In this document: in pieces, positions 39,198 through 50,807 of the stretch | Layout of the letters: each line of letters starts with the position of its first letter | How positions within the stretch are numbered: position 1 is the first letter of the stretch | NCBI GenBank assembly: GCA_965197725.1 | Contig: CBDANQ010000029.1 | Coordinates: forward strand, 1 to 64,000 | DNA from: Longimicrobiales bacterium | Lineage (GTDB): Bacteria; Gemmatimonadota; Gemmatimonadetes; Longimicrobiales; Gaopeijiaceae | Direction of reading: 5' to 3' | Length of the DNA: 64,000 nt | Made by a program: the position numbers and the translations under genes | Notes under the pieces: generated by a model | Databases searched by the model: none | What the model saw: only the letters and a program-made list of their open reading frames with translations | What the model was told of the DNA's origin: nothing

Positions 39198-41489
39198 ATG
39201 GTTCGTCGACTCATTTTGGCCCTCGTGGCCCTCTCGATCTTGGTGCCCCCGCTTGCGGCCCAGAGCGTTCCCAGTCCACGCGATCAATTCGGGTTCGACA
39301 TGGGTGAGGACCGGAAGCTCGCCAACTGGGATCAGCTTACGGCGTATTACGAGATTCTGGCAGAGCGGAGCCCGCGTGTGGCGATGGAGTCGCTCGGCCC
39401 GACCGTGATCGGCCAGCCATTCGTCATGCTCACCATCACGAGTCCCGAGAACCACGCTCGCCTCGAAGAGTTGCACGAGATCCAGATGAAGCTCTCTGAT
39501 CCGCGCACCATCTCCGGAGCCGCCGAGCTCGAACGCCTCTTCGACCTGGGAAAGACCGTGGTGATGATCACGCACGGCATCCACGCGACCGAGGTCGGCG
39601 GAAGTCAGGGGGCGGCACGGTTGGCGCACATCATGGCGTCTTCGAACGACCGGAAGATCCTCGAGATCCTCGACAACGTGATCTTGCTCCAGATTCCCTC
39701 GTTGAACCCCGACGGCTTGCAGTGGGTCGCGAACTGGTACAACGAGCACGTGGGTACCGAGTTCGAAGCTGCTCCCCTGCCTTGGCTTTACCAGTTCTAC
39801 ACGGGTCACGACAACAACCGCGACTGGTACGCGTTCACACAGGACGAGACGATCCACACTGTTGGCGCGCAGAACGAGTGGCACCCGCAAATCGTGCACG
39901 ATATTCACCAGATGGGTGGCGACGGTGCGCGCATCTTTTTCCCACCCTACATCGAGCCGTGGGAGCCCAACATCGATCCTGCGCTCACCACCGCGGTCAG
40001 CCAGCTCGGCACGTACATGGCGGCCGAGCTCACGTCTCAAGGCAAGCAAGGCGTCGTGGTAAACGCCCAATACGACGCCTTCACGCCGGCGCGGGCCTAT
40101 ATGCACTATCACGGCGGTGCCCGCATCCTCTCCGAGACCGCGTCCGCGCGCCTGGCCTCCCCGACCACGGTCTCACCGGAGCGCTTTGGACCGCGCCGCA
40201 ACTTCGATTCCAGCAGGCGCTCCTGGAACTTCCCGAACCCATGGCAGGGTGGAGATTGGGGCCTGCCCGACATCGTCGACTACCAGACCTCTGGAGCCCT
40301 CGCGCTTCTCACCAACGCGGCCAAGAACCGTCGCTATTGGCTCGAGAACTTCTACGGCGTGAATAAGCGCGCGGTCGACAAGTGGGATCAGTGGCCCGAC
40401 GCCTGGATCATCCCGGCCGGGCAGGAAAACCAGACGGGCGTGAACTATGCGTTGCGTTCGCTCGTCATGGCCGATGTGGAAGTACATCAGGCCGAGTCGA
40501 GCTTCTCGGTCGACGGAATGCGGTTCCCGGCCGGTAGCTACGTGATTCCGATGAATCAGCCGTACGCCGGTTTCGCCAACTCGATGCTCGAGATCCAGCA
40601 CTACCCCGATCTACGCGAGTATCCGGGTGGCCCGCCCCAGCGTCCGTACGACGTGACCGCACACACGTTTGGCTACCTCTTCGACTTCGAGGCCGTGGCG
40701 ATCGACGGGCACGTAGGCGTGGGGCTCTCCGAAGCGATCGAGGCGCCGGAGTTCGACTTCCGGCTGCCGGATCATCTAGCTGGGTCCGACGCACCACGGG
40801 TCGCGATGTACAAGTCGTGGCAGGAGCCGATGCCCGAGGGGTGGCAGCGCTGGGTCTTTGATAAATTCGAGATGGTGTACGACACGCTGCATGACGCGGA
40901 CATCCGCGGAGGGGCGCTCAGCGGCTACGACGTGCTCGTCTTCCAGGCGCAAAGCGCGCAGTCGATCCGGGAGGGCTACGACGAGGGTCAGCTCCCACTG
41001 CAGTACACGGGCGGACTCGGCCGTCAGGGGGTGGCCGCCGTGAAGGCTTTCGTCCAGAACGGCGGACGCGTCATCGCGATCGAGGCCGCGACCGACTTCG
41101 TGGCGGATCTGTTCGAGCTGGACGTGTCGAGCGCGACCGTGGGTTTGTCCGACACCGACTTCTACATTCCCGGTTCGATCCTCCGTCTGGAGCTCGACCC
41201 GTCGTCCGAGATCACCGAGGGCATGAGGAATGAGATTTCGTCTTGGTATTGGCAGAGCAGTATGGCGTACGAAGTGAGCGATCCCCGTGTACGCGTCGCG
41301 GCCCGTTACGGCTCCGGCGATCCCCTGCTCTCGGGTTGGGTGCTTGGCGGTGAGCACATCGCGGGCAAGCCGGCGATCCTCGAGGCGGCCATCAGCGACG
41401 GTTCGGTCGTGCTCTTCGGGTTCCAGCCCAACTACCGTGCGCAGACCGTAACGACGTGGCCGCTTCTCTTCAACGCGATGCGTAAGTGA
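39198..41489 (+). CDS. Secreted M14 zinc carboxypeptidase
   Basis: Signal peptide; IHATE, NPDG, HDNNRD, DIHQM. Confidence 0.88.
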   Translation: MVRRLILALVALSILVPPLAAQSVPSPRDQFGFDMGEDRKLANWDQLTAYYEILAERSPRVAMESLGPTVIGQPFVMLTITSPENHARLEELHEIQMKLSDPRTISGAAELERLFDLGKTVVMITHGIHATEVGGSQGAARLAHIMASSNDRKILEILDNVILLQIPSLNPDGLQWVANWYNEHVGTEFEAAPLPWLYQFYTGHDNNRDWYAFTQDETIHTVGAQNEWHPQIVHDIHQMGGDGARIFFPPYIEPWEPNIDPALTTAVSQLGTYMAAELTSQGKQGVVVNAQYDAFTPARAYMHYHGGARILSETASARLASPTTVSPERFGPRRNFDSSRRSWNFPNPWQGGDWGLPDIVDYQTSGALALLTNAAKNRRYWLENFYGVNKRAVDKWDQWPDAWIIPAGQENQTGVNYALRSLVMADVEVHQAESSFSVDGMRFPAGSYVIPMNQPYAGFANSMLEIQHYPDLREYPGGPPQRPYDVTAHTFGYLFDFEAVAIDGHVGVGLSEAIEAPEFDFRLPDHLAGSDAPRVAMYKSWQEPMPEGWQRWVFDKFEMVYDTLHDADIRGGALSGYDVLVFQAQSAQSIREGYDEGQLPLQYTGGLGRQGVAAVKAFVQNGGRVIAIEAATDFVADLFELDVSSATVGLSDTDFYIPGSILRLELDPSSEITEGMRNEISSWYWQSSMAYEVSDPRVRVAARYGSGDPLLSGWVLGGEHIAGKPAILEAAISDGSVVLFGFQPNYRAQTVTTWPLLFNAMRK

Positions 41490-42271
41490 GCAAGCGCGGT
41501 GGCGGGAAGCCGTCCTGCCCAGAGTGCGGAGAGGCCGCGACAGGCAATTTCTGCCGGCACTGCGGCGCCGAGCTCGGTGGGCGCTTCTGCAATCAGTGCG
41601 GCGCCAAGGTCGTGCCCAGCGCGAAATTCTGTAACCAGTGCGGCGACAAGGCCGGGGAGGGGGGTGGCAATCGTGCCGCCGCGGCCGCGACCGTCGGAGG
41701 TCAGAACCTACCGTGGTGGATCGCGGGGATCGCGATGTTCGGACTGATCATCGTGGTGGGCACCCAGATGGTCGGCCCGGGGGGGCCGGCTGCGCCGGCC
41801 CCTGTTCAGCCGGTGGCCGGCACTCCGCCGGACATCTCGTCGATGACGCCCATTGAAGCCGCAGACCGACTGTACAACCGCGTGATGCAGGCCGTATCGC
41901 GGGGCGACTCCTCTGAGGCCCAACAGTTCATGCCGATGGCGGTCGGCGCCTACGAGCGGGCGCGCCCCCTCGACCAGGACGGCCTCTTCCACCTTTCCAT
42001 GTTGCAGCGCACCGCTGGCTTGCTCGAGCAAGCGCTCGCGGGCGCCGAGCAGATCCTCGACCGGGATCCGGACCACCTGCTCGGCCTCCAAGCTGCCGCG
42101 GCGGCCACTGCCGAGCTCGGACGAGACGTCGAGGCCGCCGCGGGTCACTACCGCCATATCGTGGACGTGTACGCGCCCCAGGTGGCGCGTCGGCTGCCCG
42201 AATACCTTGATCACTCGGGCATCATAGACAACCTACTAAGCGTCGCGGAGGCGTTCCTGGCCGCCCGCTGA
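41486..42271 (+). CDS. Double zinc-ribbon membrane protein with TPR-like C-terminus
   Basis: Four CxxC motifs, one TM, helical C-terminus. Confidence 0.75.
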   Translation: MSKRGGGKPSCPECGEAATGNFCRHCGAELGGRFCNQCGAKVVPSAKFCNQCGDKAGEGGGNRAAAAATVGGQNLPWWIAGIAMFGLIIVVGTQMVGPGGPAAPAPVQPVAGTPPDISSMTPIEAADRLYNRVMQAVSRGDSSEAQQFMPMAVGAYERARPLDQDGLFHLSMLQRTAGLLEQALAGAEQILDRDPDHLLGLQAAAAATAELGRDVEAAAGHYRHIVDVYAPQVARRLPEYLDHSGIIDNLLSVAEAFLAAR

Positions 42272-42296
42272 GGCCGCCAAGGGGCTCTGCAACCAC

Positions 42297-43322
42297 ATGC
42301 GCGTCTATCTGACTGGGGGGACGGGGCTCCTCGGGTCCCACCTCGCGTCGGAGCTCAGAAGTGAGGGGCACGAGGTGGTCGCACTTCACCGCTCCGACGC
42401 CGACACTCTCCCTCTGGAGGAGGTCGAGTGCGAGTTGGTCGAGGGCGACGTTCGTGACGCTGTCAGCATGCTGGCTCCCGGCATGGAAGGCTGCACGCAC
42501 GTCGTGCATGGCGCGGCGCTCGTGTACGCCGATGGCACGTGGCCGGAAATGCGGGCGGTGAACGTAGATGGGACACGTAACGTGCTGACTGCCGCGGTCC
42601 AGGCGGGCGTGGGGCACGCGCTCCACGTCTCGTCGGTTGTCGTCTACGGTTCGGCCGAAGGGCCGGTGGACGAGGACACCCCCATCGACTCGATCATCCC
42701 GGCGAGTGACTTGTACGCCCGCTCTAAGCGAGAAGCCGAGGAAGTAGCGCGAGGCATCGAACGCGTTCAGAGCCTGCCCGTTTCGATCGTGCGACCGAGC
42801 GCGATCTACGGCGAACGAGACCGACTCACGGTTCCGGCGTTACGAAATATCCTGCGGATGCCGGTGGTTCCGCTCTTCGGATCAGGCATGAACACAGTCC
42901 CGGCGGTCTATGCAGGCAACCTTGCCGGCGTGCTCCGGCGCGTCTTGGAGGCGGCCCGCGGTGGGACCACGTACGACCTCGGCCTCGACCACCCGCTGAC
43001 CCAACGCGACCTGCTGGAGTTCCTGGCGCGTGGTCTCGGTAGGCGTGTGAGATTCATATCGATTCCGGCTCGAGTCGTGCGTGTCTGCGCCTGGTTCCTC
43101 GAGCGGGCAGGTATATCGACTCCGGGCGCGAGGCATCTTCCGATTTCGCGCGTGGCGCGGCTCGCGCTCGGTGACAATCCGTATCCTTCGGAGCGCGTGC
43201 GGGAGGAGCTCGGGTGGGATCCGGCATACGAGCACCGTGACGCACTGCTGCGGACTGGCCGCTGGGCCGCGGACCACCCTGGCGGCCCACGGGCTGGCAA
43301 AAACTCCGGGAGCGCTCGATGA
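42297..43322 (+). CDS. NAD-dependent epimerase/dehydratase
   Basis: TGGTGLLG, SSVVVYG, YARSK, RPSAIYG. Confidence 0.9.
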   Translation: MRVYLTGGTGLLGSHLASELRSEGHEVVALHRSDADTLPLEEVECELVEGDVRDAVSMLAPGMEGCTHVVHGAALVYADGTWPEMRAVNVDGTRNVLTAAVQAGVGHALHVSSVVVYGSAEGPVDEDTPIDSIIPASDLYARSKREAEEVARGIERVQSLPVSIVRPSAIYGERDRLTVPALRNILRMPVVPLFGSGMNTVPAVYAGNLAGVLRRVLEAARGGTTYDLGLDHPLTQRDLLEFLARGLGRRVRFISIPARVVRVCAWFLERAGISTPGARHLPISRVARLALGDNPYPSERVREELGWDPAYEHRDALLRTGRWAADHPGGPRAGKNSGSAR

Positions 43323-44125
43323 GCGACGATAGCCAGCGCAGCCGAAGCCCTGAGCCGTATGCGCACGACCGCCGAACGGAAGACGAAAGCCTTCTGGAAA
43401 GCGTGGAGGAGTTGGAGACGATCGGGCGGGACGCGTGGAGGATATTCCGCATCCTGGGCGAGTTCGTCGAAGGCTTCGAGGGCATGAGCGAAATCGGACG
43501 CTCGGTGTCGCTCTTCGGTTCGGCCAGGGCGAAAAGCGGCGATCCGATGTACCAACGGTGTACCGAGACCGCACGGCTGCTTGGCGAGGCAGGCTTTGGC
43601 ATCATCACCGGTGGTGGACCTGGCATGATGGAAGCCGCGAACAAGGGCGCGAAGGAGGCCGGCGCCCGATCCGTCGGATGCAACATCGAGTTGCCGTTCG
43701 AGCAGTACACCAACGAGTACATCGATGTCTCGATCGACTTCCGGTACTTTTTCGTGCGCAAGATGATGTTCGTGAAATACGCGGAGGCGTTCGTGATCTT
43801 CCCCGGTGGCTTCGGCACCATGGACGAGCTCTTCGAGGCGCTCACGCGCATTCAGACCCACAAGGTGCGCCACTTCCCGGTCGTGCTCTTCGGCTCCGAG
43901 TACTGGCGCGGGCTGATGGAATGGATGCGCGAAAAGATGGCGGTCGAGGGCAAGATCACCCGGAACGACCTCGACATCATGCTCGTCACGGACAGTCCTG
44001 AGGAGGCGCGCGACCACATAGTGGAATCGCTGCGAGCACCGCAAGTCGATCCGGTAAGGCATGCTGCCACGAGATTGGAGCGAGCCCAGGTGATCTCGGG
44101 CCCCCCCTCCCGATCGCAGCTCTGA
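43319..44125 (+). CDS. LOG family (TIGR00730-like) nucleotide phosphoribohydrolase
   Basis: FGSAR, TGGGPGMMEA, YFFVRK, PGGFGTMDE. Confidence 0.92.
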   Translation: MSDDSQRSRSPEPYAHDRRTEDESLLESVEELETIGRDAWRIFRILGEFVEGFEGMSEIGRSVSLFGSARAKSGDPMYQRCTETARLLGEAGFGIITGGGPGMMEAANKGAKEAGARSVGCNIELPFEQYTNEYIDVSIDFRYFFVRKMMFVKYAEAFVIFPGGFGTMDELFEALTRIQTHKVRHFPVVLFGSEYWRGLMEWMREKMAVEGKITRNDLDIMLVTDSPEEARDHIVESLRAPQVDPVRHAATRLERAQVISGPPSRSQL

Positions 44126-44258
44126 CGCGACGCCTTGTAAGGAAACCCCGCCCCCGGCTACCTTTTTTTTGGCTCTTCGACGGAGGTTCGTATAGTGACG
44201 CCACGTCGCCAACCGGCTGTGGTTCACCGCACACCGACAACGCGGGCTGGAGGACGGG

Positions 44259-45359
44259 GTGAGCAAAACTGCGATGGAGACGCCGTACGGCTACGCGCCC
44301 ACCGGAAAGGACACCGGGCTCGTAAAGCCGAAGGGTACCTCCAAGATCCGTGCTCATGAGGGCCTCGAGACGATCAAGATCAGGTCGCGGAAGCCGCATT
44401 GGTTGAAGGTGCGCTCGCCGGGAGGCCCCAACTACCTGCGCTTACAGAAGAAGATGCGGTCGGAGGGCCTTCACACCGTTTGTGAGGAGGCGAGCTGTCC
44501 GAACATCGGAGAGTGCTGGGAGGCAGGCACGGCCACGTTCATGGTGCTCGGCGACGTTTGCACGCGAGCGTGCAAGTACTGCGGTGTCGCACACGGACTG
44601 CCTACGACGCTCGATACCGACGAACCGCGCCGCGTCGCACAGACCGTCGCAAGCATGGCGCTAGAGCACGTGGTGATCACGAGCGTCAATCGTGACGAGT
44701 TACCGGACGGCGGTGCGGGTATCTATGCCGAAACGATCCGCTCGATCCAACATGCGGTTCCCGGCTGCTCGGTGGAAGTGCTCATCCCGGACTTCAAGGG
44801 TGATGAGGACGCGCTCAAGACCGTAGTCGATGCCCAGCCGGCGATCTTGGGACACAACCTCGAGACCGTCGAACGCCTCCACCCCGACGTGAGACCGGGT
44901 GGTCGCTATTGGCGTTCGATCTCGTACCTCGGGGCGGTGAAGCGGTTCGATCCGGGGATGATTACCAAGACCGGCATGATCTTGGGCATGGGCGAAGAGC
45001 ACGACGAGGTGAGGCAGGCGATGGCCGACCTGAGAGAGGCCGCGGTCGACGTGCTCACGCTCGGACAGTATCTGCGCCCCTCTGCGATGCACATTCCCGT
45101 AGCGCGGTGGGTCACGCCCGACGAGTTCGCGACCTACAAGCGCATCGGTGAGGAGGAGTTCGCATTCAAGCACGTCGAGTCCGGGCCGCTCGTACGCTCC
45201 AGCTATCACGCGCAAGAGCAAGCGCGTGAGGTGGTGGCTGGGGGACCCGGCAAGATCCAGTCGGTGATAGAAGCCGACATCCCGGCGCCCGCCCAGATGC
45301 GGCTGGACCTCGTTCAACTCGAGCTCGGCCGTCCGGGCCGGCCGGTCGCGGGTTCCTGA
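44259..45359 (+). CDS. lipA: Lipoyl synthase
   Basis: CEEASCPNIGEC, CTRACKYC, VRSSY. Confidence 0.97.
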   Translation: MSKTAMETPYGYAPTGKDTGLVKPKGTSKIRAHEGLETIKIRSRKPHWLKVRSPGGPNYLRLQKKMRSEGLHTVCEEASCPNIGECWEAGTATFMVLGDVCTRACKYCGVAHGLPTTLDTDEPRRVAQTVASMALEHVVITSVNRDELPDGGAGIYAETIRSIQHAVPGCSVEVLIPDFKGDEDALKTVVDAQPAILGHNLETVERLHPDVRPGGRYWRSISYLGAVKRFDPGMITKTGMILGMGEEHDEVRQAMADLREAAVDVLTLGQYLRPSAMHIPVARWVTPDEFATYKRIGEEEFAFKHVESGPLVRSSYHAQEQAREVVAGGPGKIQSVIEADIPAPAQMRLDLVQLELGRPGRPVAGS

Positions 45360-45360
45360 G

Positions 45361-46428
45361 ATGGCGGAGACCACGACCAAGAAGAGGGGAGGGAAGAAGA
45401 GGGATGTGCTGGGCGAATATGACGTGAGCCCCGAGCTGGCCCTCGATCTCCTGAGGGACATGTTGCTCTATCGGCGTTTCGAAGAAAAAGCCGAAGAGGC
45501 GTACGGAATCGGCAAGATCGGTGGTTTTTGCCACGTGCACATCGGGCAGGAAGGTGCGGCCGCGGGCAGCATCAAGCCGCTGCGCGAAGACGACTACATC
45601 ATCACCGCATACCGCGACCACACCCTGGCGATCGCCAAGGGTGTGCAAGCGAACGCGGTGATGGCCGAGTTGTTCGGTCGGGTCGACGGGCCGTCCGGCG
45701 GCAGGGGCGGATCGATGCATATCTACGACAAGTCGTGCCGCTTCATGGGCGGTCACGGCATCGTCGGCGGCCAGGTGCCGCTCGCGAACGGCATTGCTTG
45801 GAAGATCCGCTACGCCGACGAAGACACGGTCGTCATCGTCTACATGGGCGACGCGGCCGTGAACCAAGGCGCCTTCCACGAGTCGCTGAACATGGCCGCC
45901 CTGTGGGAGCTTCCGGCGATCTACGTGGTCGAGAACAACGAGTACGGAATGGGGACCGCGTTCAGCCGAGTCTCCAGGACGGACATGTCCGCCAAGCCAG
46001 TCCCGCACGGCGTCCCGGCGAGCGTAGTGAACGGTCAAGACGTGCTCGCCACGTATGCGCACTTCCGCGACCTGATCGCCGAGGTGCGGGGTGGTGGCGG
46101 TCCTCGCTTCGTGGATCTGCGAACGTACCGCTTCCGCGGTCATTCGGTGTCCGATCCCGTCTCGGGCTCGTACCGCCCGACCGAAGAGGTCGAGCGCCGC
46201 AAAGAGGGAGACGACCCCATTGCGATCCTGCGTGACACGCTCCTTGCCGGGGGCCACCTCGATCAGGCCGACCTCGAGGAGATGGACGACGAGGCCCGCT
46301 GGATCGCGCAGGACGCTGCCGATTTCGCGGAGGCTTCCCCCGTGCCTGATCCCTCCTCTCTCTATGAGAACGTTTGGGCGCAGATCAACGAGAACGGGCG
46401 TCTCTTCTTCGACGGAAGGCAGAGATGA
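45361..46428 (+). CDS. pdhA: Pyruvate dehydrogenase E1 alpha
   Basis: IGGFCH..GQE, GGSMH, GDAAVNQG, YRFRGHS. Confidence 0.95.
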   Translation: MAETTTKKRGGKKRDVLGEYDVSPELALDLLRDMLLYRRFEEKAEEAYGIGKIGGFCHVHIGQEGAAAGSIKPLREDDYIITAYRDHTLAIAKGVQANAVMAELFGRVDGPSGGRGGSMHIYDKSCRFMGGHGIVGGQVPLANGIAWKIRYADEDTVVIVYMGDAAVNQGAFHESLNMAALWELPAIYVVENNEYGMGTAFSRVSRTDMSAKPVPHGVPASVVNGQDVLATYAHFRDLIAEVRGGGGPRFVDLRTYRFRGHSVSDPVSGSYRPTEEVERRKEGDDPIAILRDTLLAGGHLDQADLEEMDDEARWIAQDAADFAEASPVPDPSSLYENVWAQINENGRLFFDGRQR

Positions 46429-46465
46429 CCTCCCTTCGATTCCCGAGGGCAGGAGGTCATTCGTA

Positions 46466-47446
<981 letters not shown>

Positions 47447-47489
47447 TCCGGTTCCGACGAGGCCCGTGGGGCCGAGGGCGGCGATAGTC

Positions 47490-48725
47490 ATGGCGACCAA
47501 GGTCCACATGGAGGCGTTGTCGCCCACCATGGAGGAAGGGCAGCTCGTGCAATGGCTCAAGGCTGAGGGTGACGACGTCGCAAACGGGGACATTCTCGCC
47601 GAGATCGAGACGGACAAGGCCACTATGGAGCTCGTCGCGCGTGGTGCGGGTGTGCTTCGGAAGATCTTCCTCGCAGCGGGTGGTAGGGCGGAGGTCGGCG
47701 CGGTCATCGGGGTGATTGCCGGAGCCGACGAGGACATATCGGACCTGGCCGGTGTGAGTGGCGGCGGGGCGGCAGTAGCGCCCGGCGCTACGCCTGAGGC
47801 GCTTGCAGAAGCTGCCCCGACTGGTGCCCCCACGCTTCCAGCATCCGCAGCGAACGGTGCCCGTGTGAAGGCGTCTCCGCTGGCCCGTCGCCTCGCAGCG
47901 GAGATGGGCGTCGAGATCGCGCGCGTTTCAGGGTCGGGGCCGGGTGGCCGGGTGGTCAAGCGAGACGTCGAGGCCGCGAAGGCTGCCGGAGTCGCGGCTC
48001 CCGTTGCCGCGCCCGCGACCTGGGCGACCGACGGCGCCGAGTACGAGGACATCCCGACGTCGCAGATGCGGAAGACGATCGCGAAGCGGCTCGTCACCTC
48101 GATCGGTCCTGTCCCGACCTTCTACCTCACCGTCGACGTGGACATGGGCCGCGTCCTGGAGGCTAGGAAGAGCATGAACGCGATGCTCGAGAAGGACGGC
48201 CTGAAGGTCTCGATCAACGACATCCTCCTGAAGGCGGTCGCCGCTGCGTTGCGTCAGCACCCGAATTGCAACGCACAGTGGCACGACGGCTTCGTCCGTC
48301 GTTTCAGCGCAGTGCACATCGGCGTCGCGGTCGCGATCGCGGACGGCCTCGTCACGCCGGTTATCAAGAACGCCCACGCCAAAGGCATCGCGCACATCAG
48401 CACCGAAATTCGAGAGCTCGCGGGCCGGGCTCGCGAGAAGAGGCTCATGCCCGACGAGTATACCGGCTCGACGTTCTCGGTATCCAATCTCGGCATGTTC
48501 GGCATCCACGAGTTCACGGCGATCATCAACCCACCCGAGGCGGGCATTCTGGCGGTGGGTGGCATCGTGGAGACGCCGGTCGTGGTCGATGATCAGGTCA
48601 CGGTGCGGCCACGCATGCGAATCACGATGAGCTGCGACCACCGCGTCATCGACGGAGCGCAGGGTGCGCGCTTCCTGCAAACGCTACAGGGCATGCTCGA
48701 GGAACCGACGGCGATCTTGTTGTAG
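47490..48725 (+). CDS. pdhC: Dihydrolipoamide acetyltransferase E2
   Basis: ETDKA lipoyl domain, ASPLARR E3-binding domain, DHRVIDG. Confidence 0.95.
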   Translation: MATKVHMEALSPTMEEGQLVQWLKAEGDDVANGDILAEIETDKATMELVARGAGVLRKIFLAAGGRAEVGAVIGVIAGADEDISDLAGVSGGGAAVAPGATPEALAEAAPTGAPTLPASAANGARVKASPLARRLAAEMGVEIARVSGSGPGGRVVKRDVEAAKAAGVAAPVAAPATWATDGAEYEDIPTSQMRKTIAKRLVTSIGPVPTFYLTVDVDMGRVLEARKSMNAMLEKDGLKVSINDILLKAVAAALRQHPNCNAQWHDGFVRRFSAVHIGVAVAIADGLVTPVIKNAHAKGIAHISTEIRELAGRAREKRLMPDEYTGSTFSVSNLGMFGIHEFTAIINPPEAGILAVGGIVETPVVVDDQVTVRPRMRITMSCDHRVIDGAQGARFLQTLQGMLEEPTAILL

Positions 48726-48802
48726 ACGCCGAGCCACTTCAAGGCGGCACCGGGCGTACATAGTAGAGCCCTCTCGAACCAGGACGGATCGCCCCGATCA
48801 AG

Positions 48803-49357
48803 TCAATTCCCCATGCTCCACGGCGGAACGACGTGATTCGTGCGTGCGTATGCGATGAGCTGCCCGAGGTGCTCATGCATGTCGGCCAGGGACATCGCGA
48901 TGTGCGCGTGTACTTCCATCTGGCTTCCATCGAAGTAGCGCGCGTCGGCCATGCGTGCTCCGTCGTCCATGTCCCGCACCACCCCCGCCATGTAGTCGAA
49001 CGCGGTCTCGAGCGCGGCAATCATGTCGGACTGAGAGAGCGCTGCGGTTCGCTCGAGCTCGGCTCCAAAGTCCTGCGCGGCACCCGGGCCGGGCGCGGCG
49101 CCCCAGGCGCCCGGGAAAAGGTTCGCCTCCGCGATCGCCAATCCCAGGACCTGACGGACCGAACGCACTCCCTCCATGGGTTCCCAGTCGTAGTGCGACT
49201 CATCGAATGCCCCTGCCAGAGCGATCCACTTGCCCTTCATCGTTTCGATGTCATCCACCTGTACTTCTTGCCACGACTGCACCTGCGCCGCCGTCGTCGC
49301 GGGCAGGGAAAGCATCACCGCGAGCGCCACCAAGCTCCACACCGCCTTCCTGACCAT
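48803..49357 (-). CDS. Secreted DinB family protein
   Basis: Signal peptide; P.EGVRS; HEHLGQLIAYARTN.VVPPWS. Confidence 0.8.
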   Translation of the reverse strand: MVRKAVWSLVALAVMLSLPATTAAQVQSWQEVQVDDIETMKGKWIALAGAFDESHYDWEPMEGVRSVRQVLGLAIAEANLFPGAWGAAPGPGAAQDFGAELERTAALSQSDMIAALETAFDYMAGVVRDMDDGARMADARYFDGSQMEVHAHIAMSLADMHEHLGQLIAYARTNHVVPPWSMGN

Positions 49358-49577
49358 CAGCTTGCTCCTGTTCTGGTTCACAAACTTTGGTACTGCCCAA
49401 AAGCAACATCATCGTACGCGGCGCTATGCAAAAGGTGACCGAACTCGGGGCCGCCCAAACGCTACCGGTGAGCGGTGGCCTGAGGTCGGTGAATGGGCGC
49501 TGCGACGGCGACCTGGATTCAGGTAGGCGACCGGGCGGTGGGGCGCTATTCTACGCCGTCGTCCCTCGACTCCCACC

Positions 49578-50807
49578 GTGACCAACATGCACCGCTCCCG
49601 GCTCTCGGCGATTCTGGGTTCCCTCGCGCTCACGGTCGCCGCGTGCGGCGGAAGCCGGGCGCTCACGACCGACTTGCCCGTCGAGTCCGACACGAACCCG
49701 AAGAATGCCGAGGCGCACAACACTGCGCCTTACGTCGTGCTGGTGTCGTTCGATGGTTTCCGATGGGACTACCAGGACCAATACGCGACGCCCAATTTCG
49801 ACCGGGTCGCGGCCGCCGGGGTTCGCGCCGAGCGGATGACCCCCGTTTTCCCAACGAAGACGTTTCCCTCGCACTATGCCATCGCGACGGGGATGTATGC
49901 GGAGAACCACGGGATCGTGGGCAACACGTTCTGGGCGCAGGACAAGCAGGCCTGGTACACCATCGGGAACCGAGCGGCCGTCGAGGATGGAGGCTTCTAT
50001 CGAGGTGAACCGATCTGGGTCACGGCGGAGCAGCAGGGCATGATCGCCGCTTCGTTCTTTTTCGTCGGCTCGGAAGCGCCCGTGGGGGGCGTTAGGCCCA
50101 CGTATTGGAATCGGTTCGATGCCTCGATCCCGAACAACACCCGTGTCGACCAGGTGCTCACGTGGCTCGGCATGCCGCTCGAGAATCGGCCGCACATGAT
50201 CACGTTGTACTTCGAAGATGTCGACGACGCGGGTCACGATTTCGGCCCCGGTAGCGCTGGGGTTGGAGACGCGGTCGCGACCGTGGACGCGAATCTCGGC
50301 CGACTCCTCGACGGCATCGCGGCTCTGCCACATGCGAACGACGTCTTCCTGGTGCTGGTCTCGGATCACGGCATGATGAGCCAACCCGCGGACGGCGCCG
50401 ATGTGCTCGACATGGAGCTGTTCCCGGGCGTCCGGCTAGGGCAGGCAGGCCCATACGCGAGTCTGTACGTCGATGAAGGAGGCGCGGGGCGGGCTGCCGC
50501 CGTCCGCGACTCGATTGCCGCGACGATGCCCGAGAACGGGGTCTATCTGCGGGCCGATGTGCCGGAGCGGCTGCACTACAGCGCGGATCCACGGGTGGGC
50601 GACATCCTCATCGTGCCCGCAGAAGGGAGGTCGGTGGTCACTCCCGACCGCGTGCCCGACAGCGATGGTTTTAACCACGGCTGGGACAATGCCTTCGCAG
50701 GCATGGGCGGCATCTTCCTGGCACAGGGCCCCGGGATCGCCGGTGGACAGACGATCGACGTATTCGAGTCGATTCACGTCCGCAGGCCTTCTAGTCGTCG
50801 TCGCTGA
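49578..50807 (+). CDS. Ectonucleotide pyrophosphatase/phosphodiesterase lipoprotein (extreme C-terminus apparently lost)
   Basis: VAAC lipobox, SFDGFR, PTKTFPSH, SDHGM, HGWD; ends abruptly after FESIHV, overlapping lemA. Confidence 0.88.
   Translation: MTNMHRSRLSAILGSLALTVAACGGSRALTTDLPVESDTNPKNAEAHNTAPYVVLVSFDGFRWDYQDQYATPNFDRVAAAGVRAERMTPVFPTKTFPSHYAIATGMYAENHGIVGNTFWAQDKQAWYTIGNRAAVEDGGFYRGEPIWVTAEQQGMIAASFFFVGSEAPVGGVRPTYWNRFDASIPNNTRVDQVLTWLGMPLENRPHMITLYFEDVDDAGHDFGPGSAGVGDAVATVDANLGRLLDGIAALPHANDVFLVLVSDHGMMSQPADGADVLDMELFPGVRLGQAGPYASLYVDEGGAGRAAAVRDSIAATMPENGVYLRADVPERLHYSADPRVGDILIVPAEGRSVVTPDRVPDSDGFNHGWDNAFAGMGGIFLAQGPGIAGGQTIDVFESIHVRRPSSRRR

Noticed and set aside
43319..44125. 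LOG/SLOG protein as the missing Thoeris sensor
   Set aside because: Housekeeping LOG with PGGFGTMDE motif, 40 kb away in a core operon.
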